Shown here in pieces: positions 12,300 through 23,334 of a DNA stretch of 64,000 bases. The translations under genes and the position numbers were made by a program. Origin of the DNA: Cetorhinus maximus. Its lineage: Eukaryota. Under the pieces are notes generated by a model. It did not search any database, was not told the origin of the DNA, and saw nothing but the letters and a program-made list of their open reading frames with translations. The first letter of the stretch is position 1. Every line of letters starts with the position of its first letter. Location: assembly GCF_964194155.1 (NCBI RefSeq), contig NW_027596259.1:248001-312000 (forward strand). The letters run 5' to 3'.

Positions 12300-12575
12300 C
12301 AAAATACTGCAGATGCTGGAAATCTTAAACAAAAGCAAAAAATGCTGGAAAAACTCAGCAAGTCTGACAGCATCTGTGGAGAGAAAGACAGAGTTAACGT
12401 TTTGGAGTCCGTATGAGTCTTCTTCAGAGCTAAAGGGAAGTAGAAATATGAAGTCCTACTTCCCTTTAGTTCTGAAGAAGAGTCATACAGACTCGAAACG
12501 TTAACTCTGTCTTTCTCCCAACAGATGCTGTCAGACCTGCTGAGTTTTTCCAGCATTTTTTGTTTTTGTTTCAGA
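12300..12575. mobile_element. palindromic Penelope-derived short element (two inverted pLTR-like arms) with a minimal hammerhead core
   Basis: arms ~12322-12443 and 12456-12575 are reverse complements around a 12-nt spacer; CTGAAGA-A-GAGTC-atac-a-GACTC-GAAAC-GTT at 12472-12502; imperfect flanking direct repeats ggaatagg/ggattagg. Confidence 0.7.
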
Positions 12576-13128
12576 GGAGGATTAGGTCATTCGGAACCTC
12601 AAACCAGCTCCGTCAGTTAATCAGATCGTCCTGCACTTCGTAACAAACAGAAATCATCTCCACTCAAAAACACAATGAGCTGCAGTGAAGGGTTGGCACC
12701 ATTTAAACTCTCACTGATCTGGTCTGGCTCCAAATCTCCCGTTAGAAATGACAAAAAACTTATCACTGAATTCACTCCGGGACTTGACTTCAGAAGGACA
12801 GGACACAAGGTAACAAAGTACATTTCGACAGAATTGGTTATAAAATGGCAGAATGGCTGGGAAAGTGCATCCGTGGTGTTGGGAAACATAAAATTATAGA
12901 AAGTTACAGCAAAGAAAGAGGCCACTTGGCCTGGTGTGCTGCTGTCAAAGAGCAGTTGTGATTGGTTGATCAGGAGTGGTCAATTACTCTTCCATTTCCG
13001 ACTTCGAATTTAGTGAATGTTTGCAGATGATCAGAAATAAGAAACACGGGCTATTTGGATGTTTTTTATTCAATTTAACGGATAATTCATTCCACAGACC
13101 GTCAGTTAAAATCAGGAATGATAAGAAG

Positions 13129-13210
13129 CATAAACGACAGGGCTCAAACCTGCGTGAGAAAACTCCAGCCAATTTCCAATCCGTCAGTTTAACCAATTCG
13201 CCACAATACT
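13129..13210 (-). pseudogene. degenerate tRNA-Ser pseudogene
   Basis: reverse complement gtggcgaattggttaaactgacggattggaaattgg...cacgcaggtttgagccctgtcg. Confidence 0.55.
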
Positions 13211-13404
13211 TAGTGAAAGTTCGCTATTGTTTGTATAAAATAATAGAATGGAGACAGGGAGTAACAGAGAAAAAGGATTTTCAGTCTGTGCCATTGCCCC
13301 AACCACCTCTCCCCATTCTCCCAACCAAAATGCAACACTGCACAGATCAGCCGTCCCCTGGCCGCATGGAGGATTTTTTGGAAGCGTCTCAAACAACAAA
13401 GTTT

Positions 13405-13477
13405 AACAGCCGCGGGACTGGAGCCCAAAGCAGGAAAGCCTCGGCCAGCATCTTAGCCCATTCGGCGACTCAGTACC
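13405..13477 (-). pseudogene. very degenerate tRNA-Leu remnant
   Basis: weak similarity, but positionally paralogous to 7118-7193 (shared flank cggctctgaattaga). Confidence 0.35.
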
Positions 13478-14067
13478 ACATTTAGAGCAGAAACAACCAT
13501 TGCCTCGACCGGCATCGGCTCTGAATTAGAGTGTGGGAAAAATATAATCAGGAATAGGCCATTCGGCCCCTCGGGCATTCTCAACTACTTCATAAAATCA
13601 TGTGAAAACTTCAATCATCCTCCGCTTTGTAACATCCGGGCATTTAGTAGCTGAACAGTCTCCACCCAAAAAGAAACAGAAATAAATGTCCTCTTGCATC
13701 TTATAAATCAGCGCTTTTGTTTTCTCTGGACCATCTTAATCTGAAGCCACAAAACTATCGTAAACAATGTTTGGATGGTAAAAATGATGAACTGAACCAC
13801 ATTGACACACACAGAGGAACACACACAGACATATACACCGAGAGTGACAGAGGACAAGGGTTTGTTTCTAAGGAGAGACAAACACCCAGAAAGCAAGCCT
13901 GACACCAACATGGCTCCGTTTTTGTTCCATTTCCGACTAGAAGTTTCGTGAATATTTTCGTGAATGAACAGAAATAGGAAAACGCCCCAGTGTTTGGATG
14001 GACTTGATTCAATGTAACCGATAATTAACTCTGTAAACACAGAGTTAAAACCAGGAATAATGAGAAC

Positions 14068-14126
14068 GGGAAACCCCAATGGATTTGGACTCCATCACCT
14101 TCACCAGTCAGTCACCACGACTGACT
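14068..14126 (-). pseudogene. partial tRNA-Ser pseudogene
   Basis: reverse complement ...ctggtgaaggtgatggagtccaaatccattggggtttccc. Confidence 0.55.
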
Positions 14127-15234
14127 CAATGCACAGGGTGATGTTGTTAGTATAAAATCATGGGTGGCTACAGGAGAGAAGGAGAACATTCTTGTCTGTG
14201 CCGGCTCTCTGGAAGAGCAGTTTAACTCATTCCATAACCCTCGTATTTTTCCTCAAAGCAATTTATTTTGAATCTGTCTCTCCTCGTCCTTCCTGTTAAA
14301 ATGAAACACCGCACACAAACCGTACAATTCGATTTGAGCTGGCACTTGTTCGACTCGCTGTTCAAGCTGCTCATGTAGAACTTTCAATTTCCAAAACCCA
14401 CTAACCTCATCACTGCGGCTCCTGTGAAACTGACAAGGGAACACACGGCAGAAATTCATCACTGAAAGTAACTGACACACATCAAATTCTAAACGCATTT
14501 ACCTTGGTAGGAGGCCGTGGCACAGTGGTACTTTCACTGGTTTGGGATTCTGGGGATCAAATCTCACCATGGCAAATGGTGAAATTTGTTTTCAATAAAA
14601 AAATCTTGTGATCATCACTAATGGCAGTAGGGACGAAAATCTGCTGTCCCAGCAATAACTCTTATATACTCTCTGGAAGAGGACTGACCTAGCCAGGGAC
14701 TACCCACCGATCCAGTTTATGAACCCAATCTTTCCCTGGAAATCAGGGAATGGGAATGTAAGACACGAAAAGGGTTCACAGGACCTGATTGTCCCAGACA
14801 CTGATCATAGGAATGTGCACAGTATCAATTATCCACATTCTTGTGTATGTTGTTAAACTTTGAAATTATTTTGAACTGATTTTCAATGTGAAGAATCGGA
14901 ATGAGCTTATTTTGTTCAGTAGATATACAAGAAGGTAAATGCTCAAGTGCAAACACTGCGAGTTTGAAACTTGAGTGAATGGTTCAGATCATATCTGCAG
15001 TTGTACTAGTCTGGTTTCAAATTCAGTTCCTAATCTGTTTACTGTCTGGAATTCAAAGTGTTGGATAGAAGGGCAAGATGTACATCTCGCTAGATTGAGC
15101 TATGAAATGCCAGAATAACTTAGAGAGATGCAACCGGGGTGTTAGGAATCACAAAATGACAGAAAGGTACAGCAAATAAAGAGGCCATTCGGCCCTGAGT
15201 GCTGCTTTCAAAGAGCAGTGTTATTGATCTGAAT

Positions 15235-15510
15235 ATTCAAGGGTATTCGTAATTTAGGAAGGATGGGCAAAAAGGGAAAGGAGGCGGGGTCGCACAGTAA
15301 ATAACGACAAGATCGGTACTTTCGTGTGAGAGGGTCTTAGATTGAAAGATCAAGATGTCGAATCAATTTTGGTGGAGCTAAGAAACGGGCAAGTGGCAAC
15401 AAACATTGGTGTGAGTTGTTTATTGGTCACCAAACTGCAGTGGCAATGTTGGGCACTGTAATAAATCAGGAAATTAGAGCTGCAAATAACATGGGTAATA
15501 CAGGAATAAT
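15235..15510 (+). mobile_element. CR1 LINE endonuclease-region fragment
   Basis: degenerate KGKGGGVA...DVESI.VELRN motifs; absent from the paralogous block near 5410. Confidence 0.55.
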
Positions 15511-15748
15511 ATTCTGCTGTGCACCACCAGCTCTATAGTCAGTGCTTTGTAATCCATCACAGCCCTTCTCTTTCATTTTCACACCCTCTGGATCTCTTCT
15601 TGACTTGTTGCACGTGTGACATTTCCAGCTCTGATGTGAAACTTTAACTCTCACTCCCCTAACTCTGACAGAGATGTTTTGTGTTGCTTTCAGCCAGGAA
15701 GACAATAACATTGGTTTTAACAGTTCGCCCAAGGGCAGTAAATCTCAA

Positions 15749-15820
15749 TTTCCTGACAGGGTATCAAACCTGAGGTGCAGCAGTGAAAGTGCTGAACCCT
15801 AACCAGTCGGCCATCAGGGA
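15749..15820 (-). pseudogene. tRNA-Glu (TTC-like) pseudogene
   Basis: reverse complement tccctgatggccgactggttagggttcagcactttcactgctgc...gtcaggaaa, 72 nt. Confidence 0.7.
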
Positions 15821-16519
15821 AGCTGCCAACAGGGCTGGAAATTTGGCTCATGAAGGCTGATTTTGGCATTTTTTCATTCCCGATCCCTTTCACCAGAGAT
15901 AAATTTCTCTGACCAAATGGTCTGTTCAGGTTGAACACAATGAGCCAACGAGAAGAACCATTGCTGTTATCTGGAACATGAAATCGATAGCTTCCTCCAT
16001 TAATACAGTTCTTGGCCTTTGACAGAGCTGTTAGTCATCTGACCGAATATGTGACTCGGTGTCACACTTTGTTATATAATGATCCTGGGGAACACTTTGT
16101 GATGTTTCATTAGGTTAAAGGCGCTTTATAAATATAAATTGTTGCAGTTTAACATACAGAGAAATAGACAAACTCCTCTTTCATCTTTTACCCTGAGAGC
16201 TTTTCCTTGTAACATTTTAAAATGAAGTTGCACAACTAAAGTGAATGAAGTTGGGCTGGTAAAATGTGTTCAACCCCTTGGGGAACTGAAGCACATTGGC
16301 ACATACAGAGGAACACACACAGACGGATACACCGAGTGTGACAGAGGCCTAAGGAGAGACAAACGCCCAGAAAACAAGATGTCACCAACTTGGCTCAGTT
16401 TTTGTTTCATATCCGACAGGAGACTTGCAGAAGACTGACACAGAAATGGATTTGTTTGGATGGTTTTTCTTCTATTTGAATGAGAATTAATTCTACAGTC
16501 AAGCAGAAATAACGAGAAG

Positions 16520-16602
16520 CACAGTCAGCAAGATTCAAACCAACGTCAGGAGGCCCCAATGGATTTTAAACCCATTCACCTTAAACACTGGGCCACAGCT
16601 AC
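16520..16602 (-). pseudogene. tRNA-Ser pseudogene
   Basis: reverse complement gtagctgtggcccagtgtttaaggtgaatgggtttaaaatccattgggg...gaatcttgctgactgtg. Confidence 0.65.
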
Positions 16603-18254
16603 AGAACTTGCTAACATGCTAATATTATTTGTTTAAAATCATAGAATGGTTACAGCAGGGAAAGTGGGCCTTCTGCCCGTCCTAGCATTGCCATTACCTG
16701 ACCTTTCTCCAGAACCCTGCAATTTACACTGTCTCTCGTCGTTCTTCCTACAAAATAATAGCATGTTTAGTTAAAACACAGAAGACTCGTTCAGCCAATA
16801 ACAGCATCGAGTGTATTAGACATGAACATGAAGGGAACAGTGAGGTGAAATAGTGCCACAAGCTGCGGATGGACAACTTCCAATTTCCAAAACCCACCAA
16901 CCTCATCAATGCGGCTCCTCTGAAACTTTCAAGGTAAATATTGATCCTTAAAAGATGCCGCTCCCAGATCTATTCACAGTGCTCCAGGTGTGATCTAACC
17001 AGGGCTTTGTATAGCTGTAGCAAACCTTTCCCTCTTTTCTATAACAATCTCTGTAACAGGTTGTACAGCAAAATATATTAGATTGTATATTTCGACTGAG
17101 AAAAATGAGGAGGCGCTTGAACTCACAGCCATGTGTCCTGGTCAATGTTCACGAATATTAATCTGCAATATAATGAAAAAAACATTTAGGCCGACATCGA
17201 GCCCATCCGAAATCTATAGAATTATTGGATTCAAACAAACCCATCAGTTATTCTCTCTTCCTCAGCTCTACGGTGAGTGAGACAGGGAAAAGCAGAAAAG
17301 CAGCAATATTCCAGCCCCGCACTCTCCAATCACCCGCTGTCAGCAGAAAGCAGCGACTGCAGCTTCAATGAGCGGGTTACTGCCCATCCCTGGAACACAA
17401 GATACTCCAACCCGGGCCAAACCTCCCAATTCACTGAACACAGGCTCAAGGTAACGCAGGTAGATTATATCCCGGTCCCTAACCTCCGAGCAGAATTTAC
17501 TGAATACCCGAGGGAATGTGTCACAAACAAAACTAACACCAACTTTCTAAATCTTTTTATTGGATGTGTTCATTTCATTTTAAGTTCTGCTGATGGGAAA
17601 ATGGCCGAAATATAGGTTGGTGAATAACAGCTTGGAACCATGTTCCTCTCTCCCACTGCATTGCTGATCCTTCCAATTTAGGCATTTGGGGGCAATTATC
17701 AGTTTGATACTCAGATTAGCTCCGTCTCCATATTATAAGATGAATCTAGAAGCACTGGAGTAGGTACAATAAAGATTTACTGGAGTGATGTTAGAACTGA
17801 AAAGTTTTAACATTCAACAACGATTGAATTGATTAAACATGTTTTCTCTAGTAAACAGGATGATGGATGACATGATCGAAGCCTTTAATATTCTGAAAGG
17901 GTTTGGAAGATGCTTCTACTTGCGGATAGACAAGAATAAATAAAAGTTGGTCACCAGGAAATCCAATGTCCAATTCAGAAGCAACGTCTTTAATCAGAGA
18001 TAAAAGCACAAAATGATGGAAATACTCAGAAAATCTGGGAATTTCTGTGGATTGAGAACCAGAATTATACTTTCAGATCTGTGCACTGATTGAGTACAAT
18101 TCCACTGACCAGTCACAGACCTGAAATGAAAACTATGTCTCTCCACAGACTCTACCAGCCCTGTTTATAATTCGAAAATGTTCTGTTTTTATTTCAGATT
18201 TACAGCATCGCTTTCCTTTTTTTCTTCATAATAGAATGTAGAGCCCATTGCCAG

Positions 18255-18640
18255 AGGATTAGAGATCCAAATCTGTGCTGGACACGCCTAGGTAAAGTCA
18301 CACTGTGAAAACTTCATTCAGCAGCTAATTATGGAAAAAGGTTTACTCGATCATCTGATTAGTTGACACAGCAGCAGTCACATCTGATGGAGAAAATTCA
18401 GAGATTTCATGCGTGTGGAGGCATTTACTCAGTTTGGCCACCAGTGAACAATCCAGCTATAAAAGTTCAAAGGATTTGCTCCGCAATAGGCGCATTCTTA
18501 CTGACAAGACGGAGTTTAAATGTTTGGTGTATGGAAGGAGAAATCACTTCTTCACCTCACCTGCGAAGAATCCAGTCAATCCACATCTAACTGTAGCGGT
18601 TTGTTTTGTTGTTAATTACACCCAGGACAGAAGCATGGTA
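18255..18640 (+). pseudogene. fossil C2H2-ZNF 3' end upstream of promoter B
   Basis: decayed finger-like sequence (cattcttactgacaagacggagtttaaatgt...cacctgcgaagaatccagtcaatccacatctaa) followed by the cluster's 3'UTR signature gttaattacacccaggacagaagcatgg. Confidence 0.5.
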
Positions 18641-18759
18641 GAGGCCGATGCAATTTATTGTATCAATTGATTGTATAATTTAAATCTTGACCATAAAGCT
18701 GCAATTACCACCGGATCGTAACAATTTATTGGATATGTAATTACTTCCTCCCACCCAGC

Positions 18760-19140
18760 ATTCAATGCGGGACAGAATGTGCCCTATCCAGAGCGCTAGG
18801 GTCTTACGCATGCGCACTGCGGAGTCTGATTCGCACCTGAGCATTGCGGGCTCTTAGCTGAGCATGCGCGGTGCTGTCCTGTGACTGGAGCCGTAGAGTG
18901 GATGAGAAAATGGCGACTGGAGCAGAATAACAGAGTTAGTGGGTGGGCATGACGAATGGAGCCAGCGGAGTGGGCAGGGAGGTTTCATAAACACTTGGTG
19001 CATCCCGCAGAGCCTTAATAAGAAACTACAGGCCCCGCGTTTGCAGCGAACAGACCGGAAATGACTGGATCTCTCCCTCTGCTCGGGCCGGCGGCGCGGC
19101 TGTGCAACAATGCGCATGCGCGGTCATCCTGGGTCCAGGT
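18760..19140 (+). promoter_or_regulatory. CpG-rich promoter of ZNF cassette B
   Basis: CGCATGCGCA, GCATGCGCG and TGCGCATGCGCG NRF1-type palindromes plus an AAAATGGCG YY1-type motif; paralogous to promoters A, C and F. Confidence 0.6.
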
Positions 19141-20920
19141 ATCAAGAGGAGACAATATTGTGCATTTCTATCCTGTACTGACAGGGATGGATTTTGGAAA
19201 CTCCTTTTACAGGGGGTTAGAAGGGGAGGATTTACACACAGCAAACTCAAACCAAGAGAAATATTTCTCAATTTCTGTTCTTGACTGACAGTGATTGATT
19301 GTTTTATAATCTTTTCATAGGATATCACATGGGAATGATTCGCAGACGGGAAACTCAAACCAAACATCAGATCAAGATCTGAAAGGCTCACTCGATTCAT
19401 CAGCCTTTGAGAGTAAGTAATGAGTTTCAGGTCATTATCACTCATTGTGTAAAATTTTTTATCACACATCGAGAATTACACTGACATCAGCACACATCGA
19501 CAATTACACTGACATCAGCACACACCGATAATTACACGATGACATCACCCCGCTCCCTGGGTATTTCCTCAACTGGGAGATTTTTCTCTGACTTCAGTGC
19601 TTCTGATATCTTTCCAGCTACCGTCTCCGGCAGGAGTTTATAAAGCTGAAAAGAGTTAAATTGTTTCACAGGTGAGTAGTTTTGACAATTCATCTACAAC
19701 TTGGAGCTTTTAGTCCTCTGTTATCTGTGTGAGGTCCGACAGCTCTGCGGCTGGTGTGACTCCTTTACTGTGAATCTGATTCTGTGTCCATCCATTGCTC
19801 TGTTTCACCTATGCCCTCCCTGATCACCTCTCTGCTGTTGTCTAACTTCCTCTGTCTCTAATAGTGGGTGTATTTTAGCTCTGTTTAGCATTTTACGGTT
19901 ACTTCTGCCAACTGCTGCCCTGACCATATGCTGCTGGCTTACCAGCTATAGCTTCCCACCATGTCTTTCATAGTCAGGAATTGTTTTTCCTGCGATATAG
20001 TCCATCTCTCTTCTACTCCTGAGCTTATATTGATCATCAGATTCTGCATCATTTTTATTCCCTGTAGTTCATTCTGCGCCCCCTGAAATGTTAACTGTGT
20101 TTCTCGCTCCACAGATACTGCCTGACCTGAGTATTTCCAGCATTTTCTCTTTTTATTTCAGATTTCCAGCAGCTATTATTTTATTGGCAAAGTTACTGAG
20201 GTGGAAATAGGCGGTCTTAGTGATATGTAGTCAGAAGCTCAGCTTAGGGTGAAATATGACACTAAGATTGTGAACAGTCTGGCTCAGCCTCAGAGTTGTC
20301 AGAGAGATGGATGCCATTGATGGTTAGGGAGTGGAGTTTGTAGCAGGGACTGAAGACAATGGCTTCAATCTTCCCAATATTTAAATGGAGGAAATTTCTG
20401 TTCATCCAACACTGGATGTTAAACAAGTCAGGATGGTGTGTGACTTGGAGGGGAACTTGGAGGTGATGGTGTTCACATACATCTCCCCTGGTCCTTCTAG
20501 GGGATGGAGGATGAGGGTTTGGGAGATGTTGGTAGAATTGCAGATGCATAAAGTCTCTTTCCTTCACCCCCTGCCTCTCCCATCTCCCTCTCTATTTCCC
20601 CCAGTAGATGCTGGTGTTTTGTATAGTCCCTGACCAGTTGGCAGGTTCCCTTCCCTGAAGGACATTAGTGAGCCAGTTGGGTTTATATTACCATCCAGCA
20701 GTTTTCATGGTCACTTTTTCCTAATGCCGGCCCCAAAAATTACCAGATTCATTCAACTCAATGTCACAACCTGTTTTTGTGATATTGTGGTTTCTCTCTC
20801 ATTCACTTTTGTCTATTTAAACTATTTCCCTAGAATTTTCAATTGGGAAACCCAATGTTTCATCAGAATCTAACAGTGTCGCACAATTAGTCGTAAACTG
20901 AATTTCATCGGATTTTGAAC

Positions 20921-21866
20921 ATGGACGGAAAAAGCACCGTTCACCGTGGGGAGAAACCGTACACGTGTTCTGAGTGTGGACGAGGCTTCAGCTGATCATC
21001 TGGCCTGTCAAAACGTAAATGCAGTTACAGTGGGGAGAAACCATGGAAATGCGGAGACTGTGGGAAAGGATTCAATTATCCATCCAGGCTGGATACTCAC
21101 CAGCGCACTCACACTGGGGAGAGGCCTTTCACTTGTTCTGTATGTATGAAGGGATTTGTTGATTCATCCACCCTCCTGAGCCACCAGCTCATTCACACTG
21201 AAGAGAGGCCATTCGCCTGCTCCGAGTGTGGAAAGGGATTCACTCGGGCATCCAATCTGCTGAGGCACCAGCGAATTCACTCTGTGAGGATGCCATTTAC
21301 CTGCTCCGTGTGTGGGAAGGGATTCATTCAGTTATCCTACCTGCTGACACACCAGAGAGTTCACACTGGGGAGAGGCCATTTACCTGCTCCGAGTGTGGG
21401 AAGGGATTCACTCAGTTATCCAACCTGCTGACACACCAGCGAGTTCACACTGGTGAGAGGCCGTTTACCTGCTCCGAGTGTGGGAAGCGATTCACTCAGT
21501 TATCCAACCTGCTGACACACCTGCGAGTTCACACTGGGGAGAGACCATTTATCTGCTCCAAGTGTGAGAAGGGATTCGTTAATTTATCCGATCTGTTGAG
21601 ACACCAGCGAATTCACACTGGGGAGAGACAGTTCTCCTGCTCCCACTGTGGGAAGGGCTTCACACAGTCATCCCACTTGCTGAGACATCAGCGAATTCAT
21701 ACTGGAGAGAGGCCGTTCATCTGTCCTGTATGTGGGAAGGGATTCGCTGTATCGTCTGACCTGCTGAAGCACCAGCGAATTCACACTGAGGAGATGCTGC
21801 TCTGAGTGTGGGAAAGGATTCACCTGGTCATCCCAACTGATGAGGCACCAGCGAGTTCACAAATAA
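20921..21866 (+). pseudogene. C2H2 zinc-finger gene B: in-frame TGA at 20993; open ORF 21146-21805 with ~7 intact fingers; 3' frameshift
   Basis: ATG 20921 [16 protein letters not shown]...FS*SS is in frame with the 219-aa ORF of HTGERPF-linked fingers; deletion after HTEE. Confidence 0.85.
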
Positions 21867-22094
21867 CAAACAGGACATTGCTGTTAATCACATCCAGGAC
21901 TGAACCTTGTTCATTGTAGTCTGTTTCTGCTGATGTTAATAAACTCTAGCTCAGTTATTGGGGCTAATATTCTGGATAAGGACAAATAAAATATATTTGT
22001 GTTAAATATAGCATATCGAGTCTTGTTAATATCTCTAATACAAGTTAGTTTCTCTGGAAGGGCGCTCCCTCTCCCTTCTCTCCTCTATCCTCAC

Positions 22095-23110
22095 CTGTAA
22101 CAACAAGTGTAAGCAGCTCATGGAGCTTCTTTGTCACTAAGATTGAGACAATCCGATCAGCTGCCTCTGCTGCTTCCCTCCCTTCCACTAGCCCACCGGG
22201 ACAAACTGTCTCTTTAATGTTTCACCTTGTCCAAGCCGTGAACCCACATCTTTCATTAGCTTCTCCCCCATCTCCCTTCCTGCCCTCTCAGTGGTCATCT
22301 TGTCCATGAGACACACCTCCTGCTCCATCGACCCTATTCCCACTAAACTGCTGATCCCCCAACTTCCCCATGTTCACTGATATTGTTCACAGTTCTCTCT
22401 CTTCTGGTACTATCCCTCTCTCCTTCAAATCATCACACTTTCCTCAAAAAACAATGACTTAACTCTCCTGTCCTTGCAAAGTATTGACCCAACTTCAATC
22501 CCCAGTTCCTCTCTGAACTCTTGAAAAGTGTTCACACCTCCCAAATCCGTCTCCATCTTTCCCAGAACTCCCTGTCTGAATCTCTCCAATCAGCTTTCTG
22601 CCCCACCACTGCACTGAAACAGCTCAGATCAAAGCCATCAATGACATCCTATGTGACTGTGATAAAGGTAAACTATCCCTTGTCGACCTGCCTGCAGCCT
22701 TTGACAAGGTTGACCACACCATTCTGCTCCAACACTTCTCCACTGTCGTCCAGCTGGGTGGAGCTGCTCTCTCCTGGTTCCATTCTTCTCTATCTAATCA
22801 TAGTCAGAGAATCACTTGGAATGTCTTCCCTTCCCACTCCCACAGTTACCTTTAGTGTCCCCAGAGGATCCAGCCTTGGTTCCCTTTTATTTCTCATCAA
22901 CATTCTCCCCACAGCGACATCATCTGAAAACACAGTGTCAGTTATCACGTGTAGACTGACAGTGCCCAGTTCTACCTCACCACCAGCTCTCTCCACTTCT
23001 CCACTTTTGTTAAATTTTCAGACTGTTTGTGGATGTGCAGAAATTTTCTCCAATTAAATTTTGAGAAGATTGAAGCCATTGTTTTCATTCCTGAGCTACC
23101 AACTCCATTC
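22095..23110 (+). mobile_element. L2-type LINE fragment
   Basis: degenerate RT (DLxAAFDxVDH, VPxGSxLG motifs); 22690-23110 nearly identical to 60160-60600. Confidence 0.75.
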
Positions 23111-23334
23111 TTTATCCTATTTCTATCAGGTCATCTCTCAGCCTTCTCTTTTCCAGAGAAAAGAGCTTCAGGCTGTTTAGCCTTTCCTGGTGATTATAAT
23201 GTATCTGTTTTTGGAACATTTGTGAATGAACTTTTATGTCCCTGGCCCTGGCGATGACCGACAGCAGTTTCGAGCCTTCTTCAGAGGTCGTCTCTATTGG
23301 ACAGAGCGGTTTCTGGGCCGCAGAGAATTGTGGG

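Noticed and set aside
20993-20995. In-frame TGA as selenocysteine or readthrough
   Set aside because: It is at a helix position, not a Cys position; no SECIS recognised; CpG decay is the simpler explanation
21226-21456. Alternative-frame ORFs over ZNF arrays (MWKGIHS..., also 37609, 42011, 59229, 63742)
   Set aside because: Known shadow frames of the repetitive finger codons
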